Of a stretch of DNA of 63,741 nt, positions 9,863 through 19,442 are shown piece after piece. Made by a program: the position numbers and the translations under genes. A model generated the notes under the pieces. It was not told the origin of the DNA and ran no database searches. It saw only the letters and a list, made by a program, of their open reading frames with translations. The stretch's first letter is position 1; each line of letters begins with the position of its first letter. Where the stretch lies: positions 1 to 63,741 of the forward strand of contig JAIPGG010000005.1 in NCBI GenBank assembly GCA_021736255.1. Reading direction: 5' to 3'. This DNA comes from Spirochaetales bacterium (GTDB lineage Bacteria; Spirochaetota; Spirochaetia; JAIPGG01).

Positions 9863-10459
9863 TCAGTTCTCCGGCTGCTGAGGGACCTTGTTGAGCTTGC
9901 TGATATCATAGCCCCGGGCCCGGGCCCGAGTAACCAGCATTTCATAGGTTTCCTCGTCCATCTCCGGCTGCCGGCCGAGAATCCAGAGGAAATTCGGTGA
10001 AGAACTCCCGATCAAGGCGTATTGGTAATTCTCCGTGTCGAGTTCCAGGATGAGGTAGTCCGACCAGAACCAGAGGAAAAAGCTGACCTGGAGCCAGCCC
10101 GGATTATCGGGATCGGGTACCCGTGCCCGCCCTTTGATAGCCTTTTTCTTTCCTTCGAAACTATCGGTGTATCCCTCGTTGACAACCCGGAGTTTTCCGT
10201 CGGACCGGAGGGTGTAGGTAGCCGTTACCCCAACCAGTTGCTTCTCGAAGAAGTGCGGATATCTGGCGATCTCGTACCATGTTCCTGTGAACCGCTCGAG
10301 ATCGACCTCTTCTACTGTATCGAGTTTCATGGTTTTTCCTTCGAAATTTGATCTTTCTTCCGTTGAACTGCAGGAGGTCGAAACGAGTCCTGCTGCAAGC
10401 AAGATGACGAGGACAGAAATGCTGATTAATACCGGATATTTGTTCGTTTTTCCATTCAT
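9863..10459 (-). CDS. blc: Bacterial lipocalin (Blc-like lipoprotein)
   Basis: VDLERFTGTWYEIARYPH (GxW), VTATYTL, YQYALIG, LWILGR; Cys-containing signal. Confidence 0.9.
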   Translation of the reverse strand: MNGKTNKYPVLISISVLVILLAAGLVSTSCSSTEERSNFEGKTMKLDTVEEVDLERFTGTWYEIARYPHFFEKQLVGVTATYTLRSDGKLRVVNEGYTDSFEGKKKAIKGRARVPDPDNPGWLQVSFFLWFWSDYLILELDTENYQYALIGSSSPNFLWILGRQPEMDEETYEMLVTRARARGYDISKLNKVPQQPEN

Positions 10460-10530
10460 AGTATTTTCATACTATTCTCTTTTTATCGCCCGTGCAATGT
10501 TTTAGAATAGGCTGAAAAAGGGAGGCCTGT

Positions 10531-11481
10531 TTGAAAATCGACGGGAAGAGCATTCGTCTGCCCTTCGTCTTCCTCGGAATCTTTCTGGGTTTCGGACTCT
10601 GGCGTTTTCTGGCTACCGGAGCTGCCTTCTACCTGCTCAACTTCGGATATTTGGGAACGGCAATCTCTTTGGGAATTTTCCTCGGCAACATTCTTCCCCG
10701 CCGGTTGAAGCCCTGGGGGCGGCGGGTCTCGCTTGTGATGGTCGGCTCGTACCTGCTCGGCTACGTCGGTTTTCGCCTGCATGAAAACCTGCAGATCGAG
10801 GGTTTCTGGTTCTATCTCTGGATGGGGGTGTTTGCCGGCGCCGCTCTCCATTATTTTCTTGCGAAAATCGCCGGACCCTTCTTTTTCGGACGCGGCTGGT
10901 GCGGTTGGGCCTGCTGGACGGCCATGTTCACCGACCTTTTGCCCTGGAAAAAACCCCGCTTCGGGCGGGTACGGAAACTGGGAATCCTTCGGTATCTGCA
11001 TTTTAGCGCTTCTCTCGGATTGGTTTTCTGGGTGATCTTTGGAAACGATGGCGGGATGGCGATTCCGCGGGGGCAAAGCGAGCTTTTGTGGCTTGGTGCG
11101 GGAAATGCGGCATATTATACAGCCGCCTTTGTTGCAGCAGCTGTTTTGAAGGACAATCGTGCCTTTTGCAAATATCTTTGCCCTGTTACCGTATTTCTCA
11201 AGGCGGGTACGAAACTGTCTCTGCTCAAGATTGCAATCGATAAACACAGCTGTGTCGACTGCGGGGTGTGTGAAGAGAACTGCCCTATGGATATCGCGCT
11301 GACTGCTTACAAGGATTCAGGACGAATCGGATCGACTGAGTGTATATTCTGTACGACCTGTGTAGATCTTTGCCCGGCCCGGGCGCTGAAGCCTTCTTTT
11401 GGTTTTAGCCCCCCGGCCCGGGAGTATCTGATGTACCGTGACAGGAATGGTGAAAGACGGGTGAAGCCCGGTCGGGTGTAA
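10531..11481 (+). CDS. Membrane 4Fe-4S ferredoxin-type protein (NapH/MauN-like)
   Basis: TM helices; CGWACW, FCKYLCP, CVDCGVCEENCP, CIFCTTCVDLCP; TTG start after GGAGG. Confidence 0.88.
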   Translation: MKIDGKSIRLPFVFLGIFLGFGLWRFLATGAAFYLLNFGYLGTAISLGIFLGNILPRRLKPWGRRVSLVMVGSYLLGYVGFRLHENLQIEGFWFYLWMGVFAGAALHYFLAKIAGPFFFGRGWCGWACWTAMFTDLLPWKKPRFGRVRKLGILRYLHFSASLGLVFWVIFGNDGGMAIPRGQSELLWLGAGNAAYYTAAFVAAAVLKDNRAFCKYLCPVTVFLKAGTKLSLLKIAIDKHSCVDCGVCEENCPMDIALTAYKDSGRIGSTECIFCTTCVDLCPARALKPSFGFSPPAREYLMYRDRNGERRVKPGRV

Positions 11482-11519
11482 TCGACCCCGACTTGTTTCC
11501 GGCTGAGTACGGCCTGCTG

Positions 11520-11581
11520 CGGCCCGCCCCGGCCGAGAGCGAGGAAGCTCGGTCGGTAAAACCCGGCCCGTCCCGGCCGAG
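11520..11581. repeat. Intergenic 18-bp direct repeat pair flanking a small hairpin
   Basis: CGGCCCGCCCCGGCCGAG (11520-11537) and CGGCCCGTCCCGGCCGAG (11564-11581); CCGAG...CTCGG stem 11533-11552. Confidence 0.6.
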
Positions 11582-11614
11582 CCGTATGAAAGCTATAAGC
11601 AAAAGGAGAGACGA

Positions 11615-11857
11615 ATGGAAAAGGTCCTTACATTGAACAACGAAATCGAAGCACAGCTGCTTTCCAGCCTGCTCAAGGAGGCGGGTGTGCCTCACTACAT
11701 GCACTCCTACCACGACTCGGCCTACGACGGGATCTTCCAGGTGCAATTCGGATGGGGGCATGTCGAATCCGAGCCCGAGTATGCCGAAGAGATCAAGGAT
11801 ATCTACAATTCCATGAAAAACACCGGCAGCGCAGAGGAAGGGCCTGAACCGGAGTAG
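11615..11857 (+). CDS. DUF2007 (putative signal-transducing, PII-like) small protein
   Basis: NEIEAQLLSSLLKEAGVPH...DSAYDGIFQ..GWGHV pattern; SD AGGAG. Confidence 0.75.
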   Translation: MEKVLTLNNEIEAQLLSSLLKEAGVPHYMHSYHDSAYDGIFQVQFGWGHVESEPEYAEEIKDIYNSMKNTGSAEEGPEPE

Positions 11858-11912
11858 ATGAAATGTGGTTCAAGATACGGCGTCTCCACGATCGGGGGCA
11901 GTAAAAAAGAGT

Positions 11913-11941
11913 TTGACAGCTGTCTTCGGTGGTGCTCTAAT
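11913..11941 (+). promoter_or_regulatory. sigma70 promoter of the duplicated PEGA/barrel cassette
   Basis: TTGACA-N17-TCTAAT with extended -10 TG; 20 nt before ATG 11962 with GGGGG SD-like run. Confidence 0.65.
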
Positions 11942-11961
11942 TAAGTAAAAGGGGGACGCCC

Positions 11962-13815
11962 ATGTCCTTTGCACACTGGAATCTAAGGCAACTGTTTCCT
12001 TTATGTGCTTTTCTCCTTGGGGTCTTGCTCCTATCTGCGTGCGGAAGCATGCCTGCTCCTGAAAATCCTCGCCAAAGTCTCTTTATTTTTTACTTAGAAT
12101 CCGGCATTGCAGAAAACCGGGAATCAACCGAGATCTCGGGACTCACTCTCGAAGGGGGAGACGGCTCCACGATAGAGATCGAGGGATCCCTCTCCGGCGA
12201 TGACGACGGTAAAGCAGTGTACCTCGATCTTTCAGCCGGTCCCTACACCCTCCGCGGCCTGCAAGGGCCGCCGGTAAGCTTCGATCTGCCTGCAGAGTCG
12301 GTTTTTCTTTTCCAGAAAAAGGCCGTTCCCGGCAGGGACGGGCCCGTGCTCCGGGATCTCAAGCCGGAAGACCGCAAGTGGGTTTCCGAAGACTGCGCCG
12401 ACATCATCGAGTTTACCAAGTGGTACGGGCGGAGTTTTGTGGGGTTCGGTCCGTTTACCCCGCGCTATACCCTGCAAAAGGCCCGCTACGAGTACCGAAT
12501 CGAGAGTACTCCGGCCGGGGCCGACGTAATCATCGATGATCAGAATTGGGGTTCCACCCCGCTTACCGCAGAGCTGGAGACAGGAAAGCATCTGCTGCGC
12601 CTCGAAAAGGCCGGTTTTGCTCCGGTACAGACATTTGTCGATGTAGAGGGAGCAGGAAAGCTCACCCTGGAGCTGAGCCGAATCGAAGGGCTTGAATCAG
12701 CCGAAGAGGAGACGGACCAGGCTTTTTCCCAGGACCGGTATACCCTTTTGGTAACACCCTTCGCTAATACCGGAGATGAATCCCAGGACAACCTGGAAAC
12801 GGTGTTTTCCGACGGAATCGCCTCGGGCCTCTACAAACGGGAGAATATCCGGGTGCTGCGGCTCGAAAGGGGCGAACTCAAGAACGAAGGGGAGGCATCG
12901 GCATTCGGCAAGGTTGGTCTCGATTTATCTCTCGCTTCGGCGAAGGGGGCCGAGCTCCTCGTTTCCGGGGCGTACAACGCCGATGAAGAGCTCTTTGTCC
13001 ATGCCGCCCTCTACGATGTCCGGACCGGGCAGGTCAAAACCAGCACCATGTACACCGGCGAGGCGGGACTTGCCATGTTCGACTCCATCGACGAGATGAC
13101 CGAAGAGTTCCTCGAGAATGTCGACCGGGTCCTGCCGGCGGTCGGAAGGGAGGTAATCGAGCAGGAACAGACGGTGAGTCAGGAGGTGATAAGCTACCAG
13201 AAAAAACTGACCGTCAAGCAGATTGCGGCGAACCGGAACGCACGACGCCATGCATTGAGTGTTTCAGTGAACTACAGCGGCAGTTTCGACACCGTGTATG
13301 CCCAGTCCGGCGACCCTGAGGACGAGATGAGCAGGGGCGATGTTTCGCTCGGGGCTTCTCTTTTATACGACTATCACATCTTCGATCCCATGCAATTAAC
13401 TGCTCTGTTTCTCGTGAGGTTTCAGGAGTTCAATGGTGATTCGCCGGTTGAACTCGAGGACACGGGCACGAACGACTATCTCCTGGCCGTCGGACCCCGG
13501 ATCTCGTTCCCCGGCAGGTCCGTTGATGTGTACATGGGAATGATGGCCCACGGCACATATGGAGATGCCTTCGATTTCTACGAGTGGGATATTACCTCGG
13601 TTATCAAGCGGGGTCCCTATATCTCCGCCGGTCTGACCCTCGATACGGGAATGAGGACCTATTTCCAGGAGCGTTTTTCCGATGTACCGTGGTTTATGGA
13701 TTTCGGGATGGCCTTTGATCCGATCTCGGTGCAATTCGACATCGGCGGCAACGAACCGATCGATTATATTTTTATGACCGGTAAATTCTACGCCGGATTC
13801 GGAAGGAGATTCTGA
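11962..13815 (+). CDS. Lipoprotein A1: PEGA domain + TolB-N/CsgG-like domain + C-terminal beta-barrel-like region
   Basis: Lipobox LLSAC; PEGA IESTPAGADVIID..WGSTPL...GKHLLRLEKAGF; LVTPFAN...GAELLVSGAY...AALYDVRTG; amphipathic strands ending GKFYAGFGRRF. Confidence 0.8.
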   Translation: MSFAHWNLRQLFPLCAFLLGVLLLSACGSMPAPENPRQSLFIFYLESGIAENRESTEISGLTLEGGDGSTIEIEGSLSGDDDGKAVYLDLSAGPYTLRGLQGPPVSFDLPAESVFLFQKKAVPGRDGPVLRDLKPEDRKWVSEDCADIIEFTKWYGRSFVGFGPFTPRYTLQKARYEYRIESTPAGADVIIDDQNWGSTPLTAELETGKHLLRLEKAGFAPVQTFVDVEGAGKLTLELSRIEGLESAEEETDQAFSQDRYTLLVTPFANTGDESQDNLETVFSDGIASGLYKRENIRVLRLERGELKNEGEASAFGKVGLDLSLASAKGAELLVSGAYNADEELFVHAALYDVRTGQVKTSTMYTGEAGLAMFDSIDEMTEEFLENVDRVLPAVGREVIEQEQTVSQEVISYQKKLTVKQIAANRNARRHALSVSVNYSGSFDTVYAQSGDPEDEMSRGDVSLGASLLYDYHIFDPMQLTALFLVRFQEFNGDSPVELEDTGTNDYLLAVGPRISFPGRSVDVYMGMMAHGTYGDAFDFYEWDITSVIKRGPYISAGLTLDTGMRTYFQERFSDVPWFMDFGMAFDPISVQFDIGGNEPIDYIFMTGKFYAGFGRRF

Positions 13816-14858
13816 TGAAACGGCTCACTACTGTACTGTTTTGTATCGGTTTCGCCGCCGCCTCCCTCCTCTTGCCGATTGATCTCTATGCGCAAACGGA
13901 AAATGCTGAAGGAGCATCGGGATCCGGAGCGGCAAAAATTCCCCGGCGTGTTCTGGTTCAATATACCCCTTCACCGGATGCTGCAGTGGAGGATGAGGAA
14001 TATCTTGCCTGGGTCCCCGAGTTCGTGTACACCGCCGTTTCCTCTCGCCGGCCGGTGGTTCGGGTTCAGGAACAGGAGCGAGCTCACAACCGCCTGCAGG
14101 TGAATGTCGATGGAGGCTCTGAAGTATATAGTCTCGAACTCCTGCTGGAAGAAAAGCAAGAAGAACAATGGATAGAACGGTTCCGGGACTCCACTGAATT
14201 CAGGGGGGACCGGGAAGATCTACGCCGCTTTATCGAGGACTGTGCCGATACCATGTCGCAGCACCTCCCCCTGGTGGAACCGGAAATCCGGATCAATGTT
14301 CGGGTGCAGGACGAGGGGGTGCGAAGAATGGTTGAACAGGTGGATTTTGCCGACAGGCTGGACACCCCCTTCGAGCTCACGGCTTGGGCAGTCAATTTAA
14401 CTACCGACTTTTCCTATGATGTCGGTGTATACCGTTTTAATGTTGTTCCCCTCACCCTGGATGCCGCATGGTTTCCCGGGCGGGAACACGGTCTGGTGGC
14501 CCAAATGTTCCTGGACTATGTGGACCTCTTCGGGGACGGGGCCGGGGATTTTGCTGTACTTCCCGGTTTGGGCTACCGCTTCCGCCTCCTGGACCGGATT
14601 TCGGCCGCCTTTTCCATAGGTCTCTCGGCAGGCGCCGGAATCGGTGAACAGGTGCAGTTTATGAGCCTGTTCTGGGTGTACCCCTCGGTTACCTGGAATA
14701 TCACCGAGCGGCTCGGCCTTTCCTACCGATTTGCCAGCTATGTTGACCCGGTGCTTTTGGTCGGGGAAGGAGACGGCCCTCAGACGGACTATGATGGTTT
14801 TTTCCTTCAGTACGTTTCTATAGGCTTTGTGTGGCGGCTCGGACAGCCGCGGCAATAG
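13815..14858 (+). CDS. Secreted protein B1 with C-terminal beta-barrel-like region
   Basis: Signal peptide; alternating strands (LDAAWFP, PGLGYRFRL, YVSIGFVWRL); TGATG coupling with A1. Confidence 0.75.
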   Translation: MKRLTTVLFCIGFAAASLLLPIDLYAQTENAEGASGSGAAKIPRRVLVQYTPSPDAAVEDEEYLAWVPEFVYTAVSSRRPVVRVQEQERAHNRLQVNVDGGSEVYSLELLLEEKQEEQWIERFRDSTEFRGDREDLRRFIEDCADTMSQHLPLVEPEIRINVRVQDEGVRRMVEQVDFADRLDTPFELTAWAVNLTTDFSYDVGVYRFNVVPLTLDAAWFPGREHGLVAQMFLDYVDLFGDGAGDFAVLPGLGYRFRLLDRISAAFSIGLSAGAGIGEQVQFMSLFWVYPSVTWNITERLGLSYRFASYVDPVLLVGEGDGPQTDYDGFFLQYVSIGFVWRLGQPRQ

Positions 14859-14868
14859 GGAGAGTGCC

Positions 14869-16734
14869 ATGTCTTTTCGCCTCAGAAACTGGAGCCGCCT
14901 GTTTCCCGCCGTTCTCGTGGTTTCCTGGATTCTGTTCCTTGCAGCCTGCGGAAGCATGCCCGCACCCGATACTGATCAGGATAGCCTGTTTATCCTCTTC
15001 ATTGATGCCGCCGCCGCCCGGGCTGCCGAGGCCGAAAGCGAAGGGCCCGGGACGGTTTCCGGCCTTATATTGGAAGAAGCGGGAGGGGAGAGATTCGAGC
15101 TCGATACTGCTGTACCCGCCGGTTCCGGAAAAAAGGCGCTGTATCTGAACCTTGATGCCGGCAGCTATACCCTTCGAGGCCAGGCCGGGCCGCCGGTACG
15201 CTTTGATCTGCCGCCTGGATCGGTGTTCCTTTTTCAGAAAAAGGTTGTTCCCGGAAGGAACGATCCCGGGCTGCGTGATCTTCGGCCGGAAGACAAAAAG
15301 TGGGTTTCCGCCGACTGCAGTGACTTTATCGAGTTCACCAGCTGGTACGGGCGAAACTTCGTCGGCTTTGGCCCTTTTACCCCTCGCTACACCCTGCAGG
15401 AGACACGCTACGAGTATCGGATCGAAAGCACTCCGGCCGGTGCAAACGTAATTATCGACGATCAAAGCTGGGGAACCACCCCCCTCACTGCAGAGCTGGA
15501 GACAGGAAAGCATCTGCTGCGCTTGGAAATGGCTGGATTCGCTGCGGTGCAGACCTTTATCGATGTGGAAGGAGCGGGAAAGCTCAGCCTGGAGCTTGAG
15601 AAAAAGGAGGCAGCGACCGCAACTGAACGGGAAGATGCTGCCTCCGGCATAGATCGCTATACGCTGCTGGTAACGCCCTTCGGCAACACCGGCGAAGCTG
15701 CCCGGGACAATCTGCGAACGGTTTTTTCCGACGGAATCGCCTCCGGCTTGTACAAACGGGAAAATCTCCAAGTCCTCCGGCTCGAAGCGGAAGAACGCCG
15801 GCAGCTTCCGGTACATCCGGCTGAACCCGGTTTCTCTCTTGCTTCGGCCAAAGGGGCGGAGCTCCTCGTATCCGGTTCCTACAATGCAGACGAGAAACTC
15901 TTTGTTCATGCAGCTCTCTACGACGTTCGAACCGGGCAGGTAAAAACCAGCACCATGTACACCGGTGAGGCGGGGCTTGCCATGTTTGACTCGATCGACG
16001 AGATGACAAGCGGTTTCCTGGAGAACGTGGACCGGGTGCTTCCTGCAGTAGGCAGGGAGGTGATCGAACAGGAACAGACCGTGAGTCAGGAAGTGGTAAG
16101 CTATCAGAAAAAGCTCACGATTAAACAGATCGCGGCCAACCGGAATTCGCGGCGTCATTCTCTGAGCGTCTTTGCGGAATACGGGGGCACCATGGACAAT
16201 GTCTACAACCAGGCGGGTGAAGTGGACGGCGGCCGGGCTCATTTCGGCTATGGGCCTGTGCTCAATTATGACTACCACCTTTTCGATCCCCTTCAGCTCG
16301 CTGCCGGGTTTTCAGTAATCTTTTACGAGGCCGAAATAGATTCTCCAGTAGCCATCGATGACCTGAGCACCAACGACTACACCCTCTTTCTCGGTCCCAA
16401 GGTCTCTTTTCCGGGAAAATCGATCGATGTCTATCTTTCCCTGCTTGCTCACGGCAGGTATTCCGACGCCTTCGACTTTTACGATGAAGGGCTTGCTTCG
16501 GTCATTGAGCGCGGACCCTACGTTGCTGCAGGAATGAGCCTTGATACGGGGATTCGAATCTATTTTCAGCAGCGGTTTTCCGATGTGCCCTGGTTCATGG
16601 ATTTCGGGATGACCTTCGATCCGTTTTCAGTACAGTTCGATGTTGGACCACCTGACGATGCCGGCGGCAGTGCACCGGTAGATTTTGTCAACTGGGGCGG
16701 TAAGATGCATCTGGGTTTTGGAAGGAGACTCTGA
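14869..16734 (+). CDS. Lipoprotein A2, paralog of A1
   Basis: Lipobox LFLAAC; same domain order; LFVHAALYDVRTGQVKTSTMYTGEAGLAMFDSIDEMT identical to A1. Confidence 0.8.
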   Translation: MSFRLRNWSRLFPAVLVVSWILFLAACGSMPAPDTDQDSLFILFIDAAAARAAEAESEGPGTVSGLILEEAGGERFELDTAVPAGSGKKALYLNLDAGSYTLRGQAGPPVRFDLPPGSVFLFQKKVVPGRNDPGLRDLRPEDKKWVSADCSDFIEFTSWYGRNFVGFGPFTPRYTLQETRYEYRIESTPAGANVIIDDQSWGTTPLTAELETGKHLLRLEMAGFAAVQTFIDVEGAGKLSLELEKKEAATATEREDAASGIDRYTLLVTPFGNTGEAARDNLRTVFSDGIASGLYKRENLQVLRLEAEERRQLPVHPAEPGFSLASAKGAELLVSGSYNADEKLFVHAALYDVRTGQVKTSTMYTGEAGLAMFDSIDEMTSGFLENVDRVLPAVGREVIEQEQTVSQEVVSYQKKLTIKQIAANRNSRRHSLSVFAEYGGTMDNVYNQAGEVDGGRAHFGYGPVLNYDYHLFDPLQLAAGFSVIFYEAEIDSPVAIDDLSTNDYTLFLGPKVSFPGKSIDVYLSLLAHGRYSDAFDFYDEGLASVIERGPYVAAGMSLDTGIRIYFQQRFSDVPWFMDFGMTFDPFSVQFDVGPPDDAGGSAPVDFVNWGGKMHLGFGRRL

Positions 16735-17888
16735 TGAAGCATCTTACTATGAATGTACCGGCGATCCGTTTTTTTATTGCCTTCATTTCTATCGCTTTTC
16801 TTTTTGTTTTCTTTCAAGCCGCGCCGATAGGGGCCCAGGAGAGCGCAGCCGGCGGGACCGGAACGGCCAATGGAGCCGAAAAAAGTGACACCCAAAAGAG
16901 TGCAGCCGGCGGGACCGCCGAATCGGAAAGAATCCCTCGCCGTCTTCTGCTTATCTATTCAGCCTCCGGACCGGTTGCGCCGGATGACGAGACATTTCTG
17001 TCTTCATTGGATGAATATGTGTTTACCACGCTTTCTTCCCGGCAGCCGGTAGTCAGGGTGGAAAACCCTGAACGGGCACATAACCGCTTGTCGGTTCATG
17101 TAGCAGGCGGGACCGATACATATACCGTCGAGGTGGTTCTCGAAGAAAAACAGCGGCAAAGCGGGGCTGAGGCCGGGGCTGAGATGTGGAGCGAGCGTTT
17201 TGTAGATGAAACGGAATTTCGGGGTGATCAGGAGGCCCTGCAGCGCTTCATCGAGTCGACGGCAGAGGAAATGTCCGAATACCTCGGTATGGTGAAGCCG
17301 GAGATCCGCATCAACGTCCGGGTCAAAGATGAGGGAACCCGAAGGATGGTCGAGGAGATTGATTTTGCCGACAGACTGAACACTCCCTTCGAGCTCACTG
17401 CCTGGTTATTTCATATGACCTCGGATTTTACTTTCGGGGATGGCATGGAAATTGGGTATCGGTTCAACGTGCTGCCCGTTAGTCTCGATGCCGCCTGGTT
17501 TCCTTCCCGGGAGCACGGTTTGGTCGGCACTCTGTTTTACGATTATCTCGATGCTACCGGAGACGGGCTGGAGAATTCCGTGATTGTACCGGGGCTCGGC
17601 TACCGGTTTCGCCTGCTCGACCGTATATCGGCATCATTCAGCATCGGCTATTCCGCCGGAGCGGCCCTCGGCGAGCAGATGAGGTTTATGAATTTTTTCT
17701 GGATGTTTCCGGCGGTGACCTGGAACATCACCGAGCAGCTCGGGCTTGCCTACCGGCTTGGTTTTTATGTCGATCCGGTGCTCATGCTTCCTGATATAGG
17801 AAATTATGAACCGGCGGCAGCCGATTCCATGCTCATTCAGTACGTTTCCCTGGGTTTCGTTTATCATCTGGGAGAGCCACGGAATTAA
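16734..17888 (+). CDS. Secreted protein B2, paralog of B1
   Basis: ERAHNRL, TEFRGD, PEIRINVRV, DFADRL.TPFELTAW shared with B1; TGATG coupling with A2. Confidence 0.75.
   Translation: MKHLTMNVPAIRFFIAFISIAFLFVFFQAAPIGAQESAAGGTGTANGAEKSDTQKSAAGGTAESERIPRRLLLIYSASGPVAPDDETFLSSLDEYVFTTLSSRQPVVRVENPERAHNRLSVHVAGGTDTYTVEVVLEEKQRQSGAEAGAEMWSERFVDETEFRGDQEALQRFIESTAEEMSEYLGMVKPEIRINVRVKDEGTRRMVEEIDFADRLNTPFELTAWLFHMTSDFTFGDGMEIGYRFNVLPVSLDAAWFPSREHGLVGTLFYDYLDATGDGLENSVIVPGLGYRFRLLDRISASFSIGYSAGAALGEQMRFMNFFWMFPAVTWNITEQLGLAYRLGFYVDPVLMLPDIGNYEPAAADSMLIQYVSLGFVYHLGEPRN
16840..16917. repeat. 21-bp direct repeat in the N-terminal insertion of B2
   Basis: AGAG(C/T)GCAGCCGGCGGGACCG at 16840-16860 and 16897-16917 (SAAGGT x2). 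Confidence 0.7.
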
Positions 17889-17944
17889 CTTGTGGTATCA
17901 GCCTTGTTTCTGATTATCGTCTGTTTCCAGCTTAGGCGCCGGGC

Positions 17945-18652
17945 TCAGATTCCCAGGTACGCCCTGCGCACCTCGTCGCTTTTCATCAGGTTTTCGCAGG
18001 TGTCGGCCATGGCGATGGTTCCGGTCTCCATGACGTATCCTCGGTCGGCTACCTTGAGTGCCATGTTGGCGTTCTGTTCGACCAGGAGGATGGTGGTTCC
18101 GCTCTCTTTGTTGAACTTCCCGATGATTTCGAAGATCTTCTGGACGATGATCGGTGCCAGGCCGAGGGAGGGCTCGTCCAGCAAGAGCAGCTTTGGCCGG
18201 GCCATGATTGCCCGGGAAATGGCGAGCATCTGCTGCTCGCCTCCGGAGAGGGTGCCCCCCTGCTGGTTTTTCCGTTCTGCGAGTATGGGGAACATGGAGT
18301 AAATATATTCGAAGTCTTCCCTGATACCCTCGGGGTCTTTCCGGAGAAAAGCCCCCATATCGAGGTTCTCCTGTACGGTCAGATAAGGGAAGATCCGTCT
18401 GCCCTCGGGTACCTGGATGATTCCCTTGGAAACAATCGAATCCGGTTCTATCCCCATCAGGGATTCGTCCCGGAAGATAATCTGACCCGATCTCGGGGGG
18501 ACGATGCCGCTGATGGACATGAGGGTAGTGGTTTTTCCGGCGCCGTTGGCGCCGATTACGGTGATGATCTCCCCCTCGTTTATCTCGAAGCTAATCCCTT
18601 TGAGCGCCTGGATATTCCCGTAATAGGTCTGCAGGTTGTCTACTTTAAGCAT
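17945..18652 (-). CDS. livF: Branched-chain amino acid ABC transporter ATP-binding protein
   Basis: GANGAGKT, LSGGEQQMLAISRA, LLDEPSLGLAP. Confidence 0.93.
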   Translation of the reverse strand: MLKVDNLQTYYGNIQALKGISFEINEGEIITVIGANGAGKTTTLMSISGIVPPRSGQIIFRDESLMGIEPDSIVSKGIIQVPEGRRIFPYLTVQENLDMGAFLRKDPEGIREDFEYIYSMFPILAERKNQQGGTLSGGEQQMLAISRAIMARPKLLLLDEPSLGLAPIIVQKIFEIIGKFNKESGTTILLVEQNANMALKVADRGYVMETGTIAMADTCENLMKSDEVRRAYLGI

Positions 18653-19442
18653 CTACTTCTTCCCCCAAATAGGCCTTGATCACTTCCGGGTGGTGTTTGA
18701 TCTCCTCCGGGGTTCCCTGGGCGATCAATTTACCGTAATCCATCACATAGATTCGTTCGGACAAACTCATGACCAGGTTCATGTCGTGTTCGATCAGAAG
18801 AATGGTAATCTTCTCGGTATCCCGGATCTTGACGATGAGGTTGTCCAGTTCCCGCGTCTCCTGGGGATTCATTCCTGCAGCCGGCTCGTCCAGAAGCAGC
18901 AGGAAGGGTTCTGTTGCCATAGCCCTGGCGATCTCGAGGCGCCGCTGAGCACCGTAGGGAAGGTTTTTTGCCAGTTCGTTGACGTGCTGTTCCAGGTGCA
19001 GCTTCTTGAGGTATTCGTAGCTCTCGTAGATAACCCGTTCCTCTTCTTCTTTGGTTGCCTTATTCCGCAAGACGGCTCCCAGGATTCCGGCTTTCATCCG
19101 GGTATGGCGGCCGATCATTACGTTCTCGAGAACCGTCAGATTCTGAAAGAGGCGGATGTTCTGAAATGTTCTGGCCAGACCGTAGTTTGTGACCACGTTC
19201 GGTCGTTTGCCCTGGATTTCTTTTTCCTGGCCGTCCGGCATTGTGATTACTATGGTGCCGAGGCTCGGTTTGAGCATCCCGGTGACACAGTTGAAGAAGG
19301 TTGTTTTGCCGGCCCCATTCGGACCGATGAGGGCGACGATTTCTCCCTCGCAGACCTTGAGGTTCATCGCATCAACGGCGCGCAGCCCGCCGAAGTCCAT
19401 GGTCAGGGCCCTGGTGTCGAGTATGCAGTTTGATTCACTCAT
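18645..19442 (-). CDS. livG: Branched-chain amino acid ABC transporter ATP-binding protein
   Basis: GPNGAGKT, ARTFQNIRLF, LPYGAQRRLEIARA, IEHDM, VIKAYLG. Confidence 0.93.
   Translation of the reverse strand: MSESNCILDTRALTMDFGGLRAVDAMNLKVCEGEIVALIGPNGAGKTTFFNCVTGMLKPSLGTIVITMPDGQEKEIQGKRPNVVTNYGLARTFQNIRLFQNLTVLENVMIGRHTRMKAGILGAVLRNKATKEEEERVIYESYEYLKKLHLEQHVNELAKNLPYGAQRRLEIARAMATEPFLLLLDEPAAGMNPQETRELDNLIVKIRDTEKITILLIEHDMNLVMSLSERIYVMDYGKLIAQGTPEEIKHHPEVIKAYLGEEVDA

Noticed and set aside
11962-17888. Prophage or mobile-element origin of the duplicated cassette
   Set aside because: No integrase, transposase, att site or tRNA target; composition resembles the flanking genes
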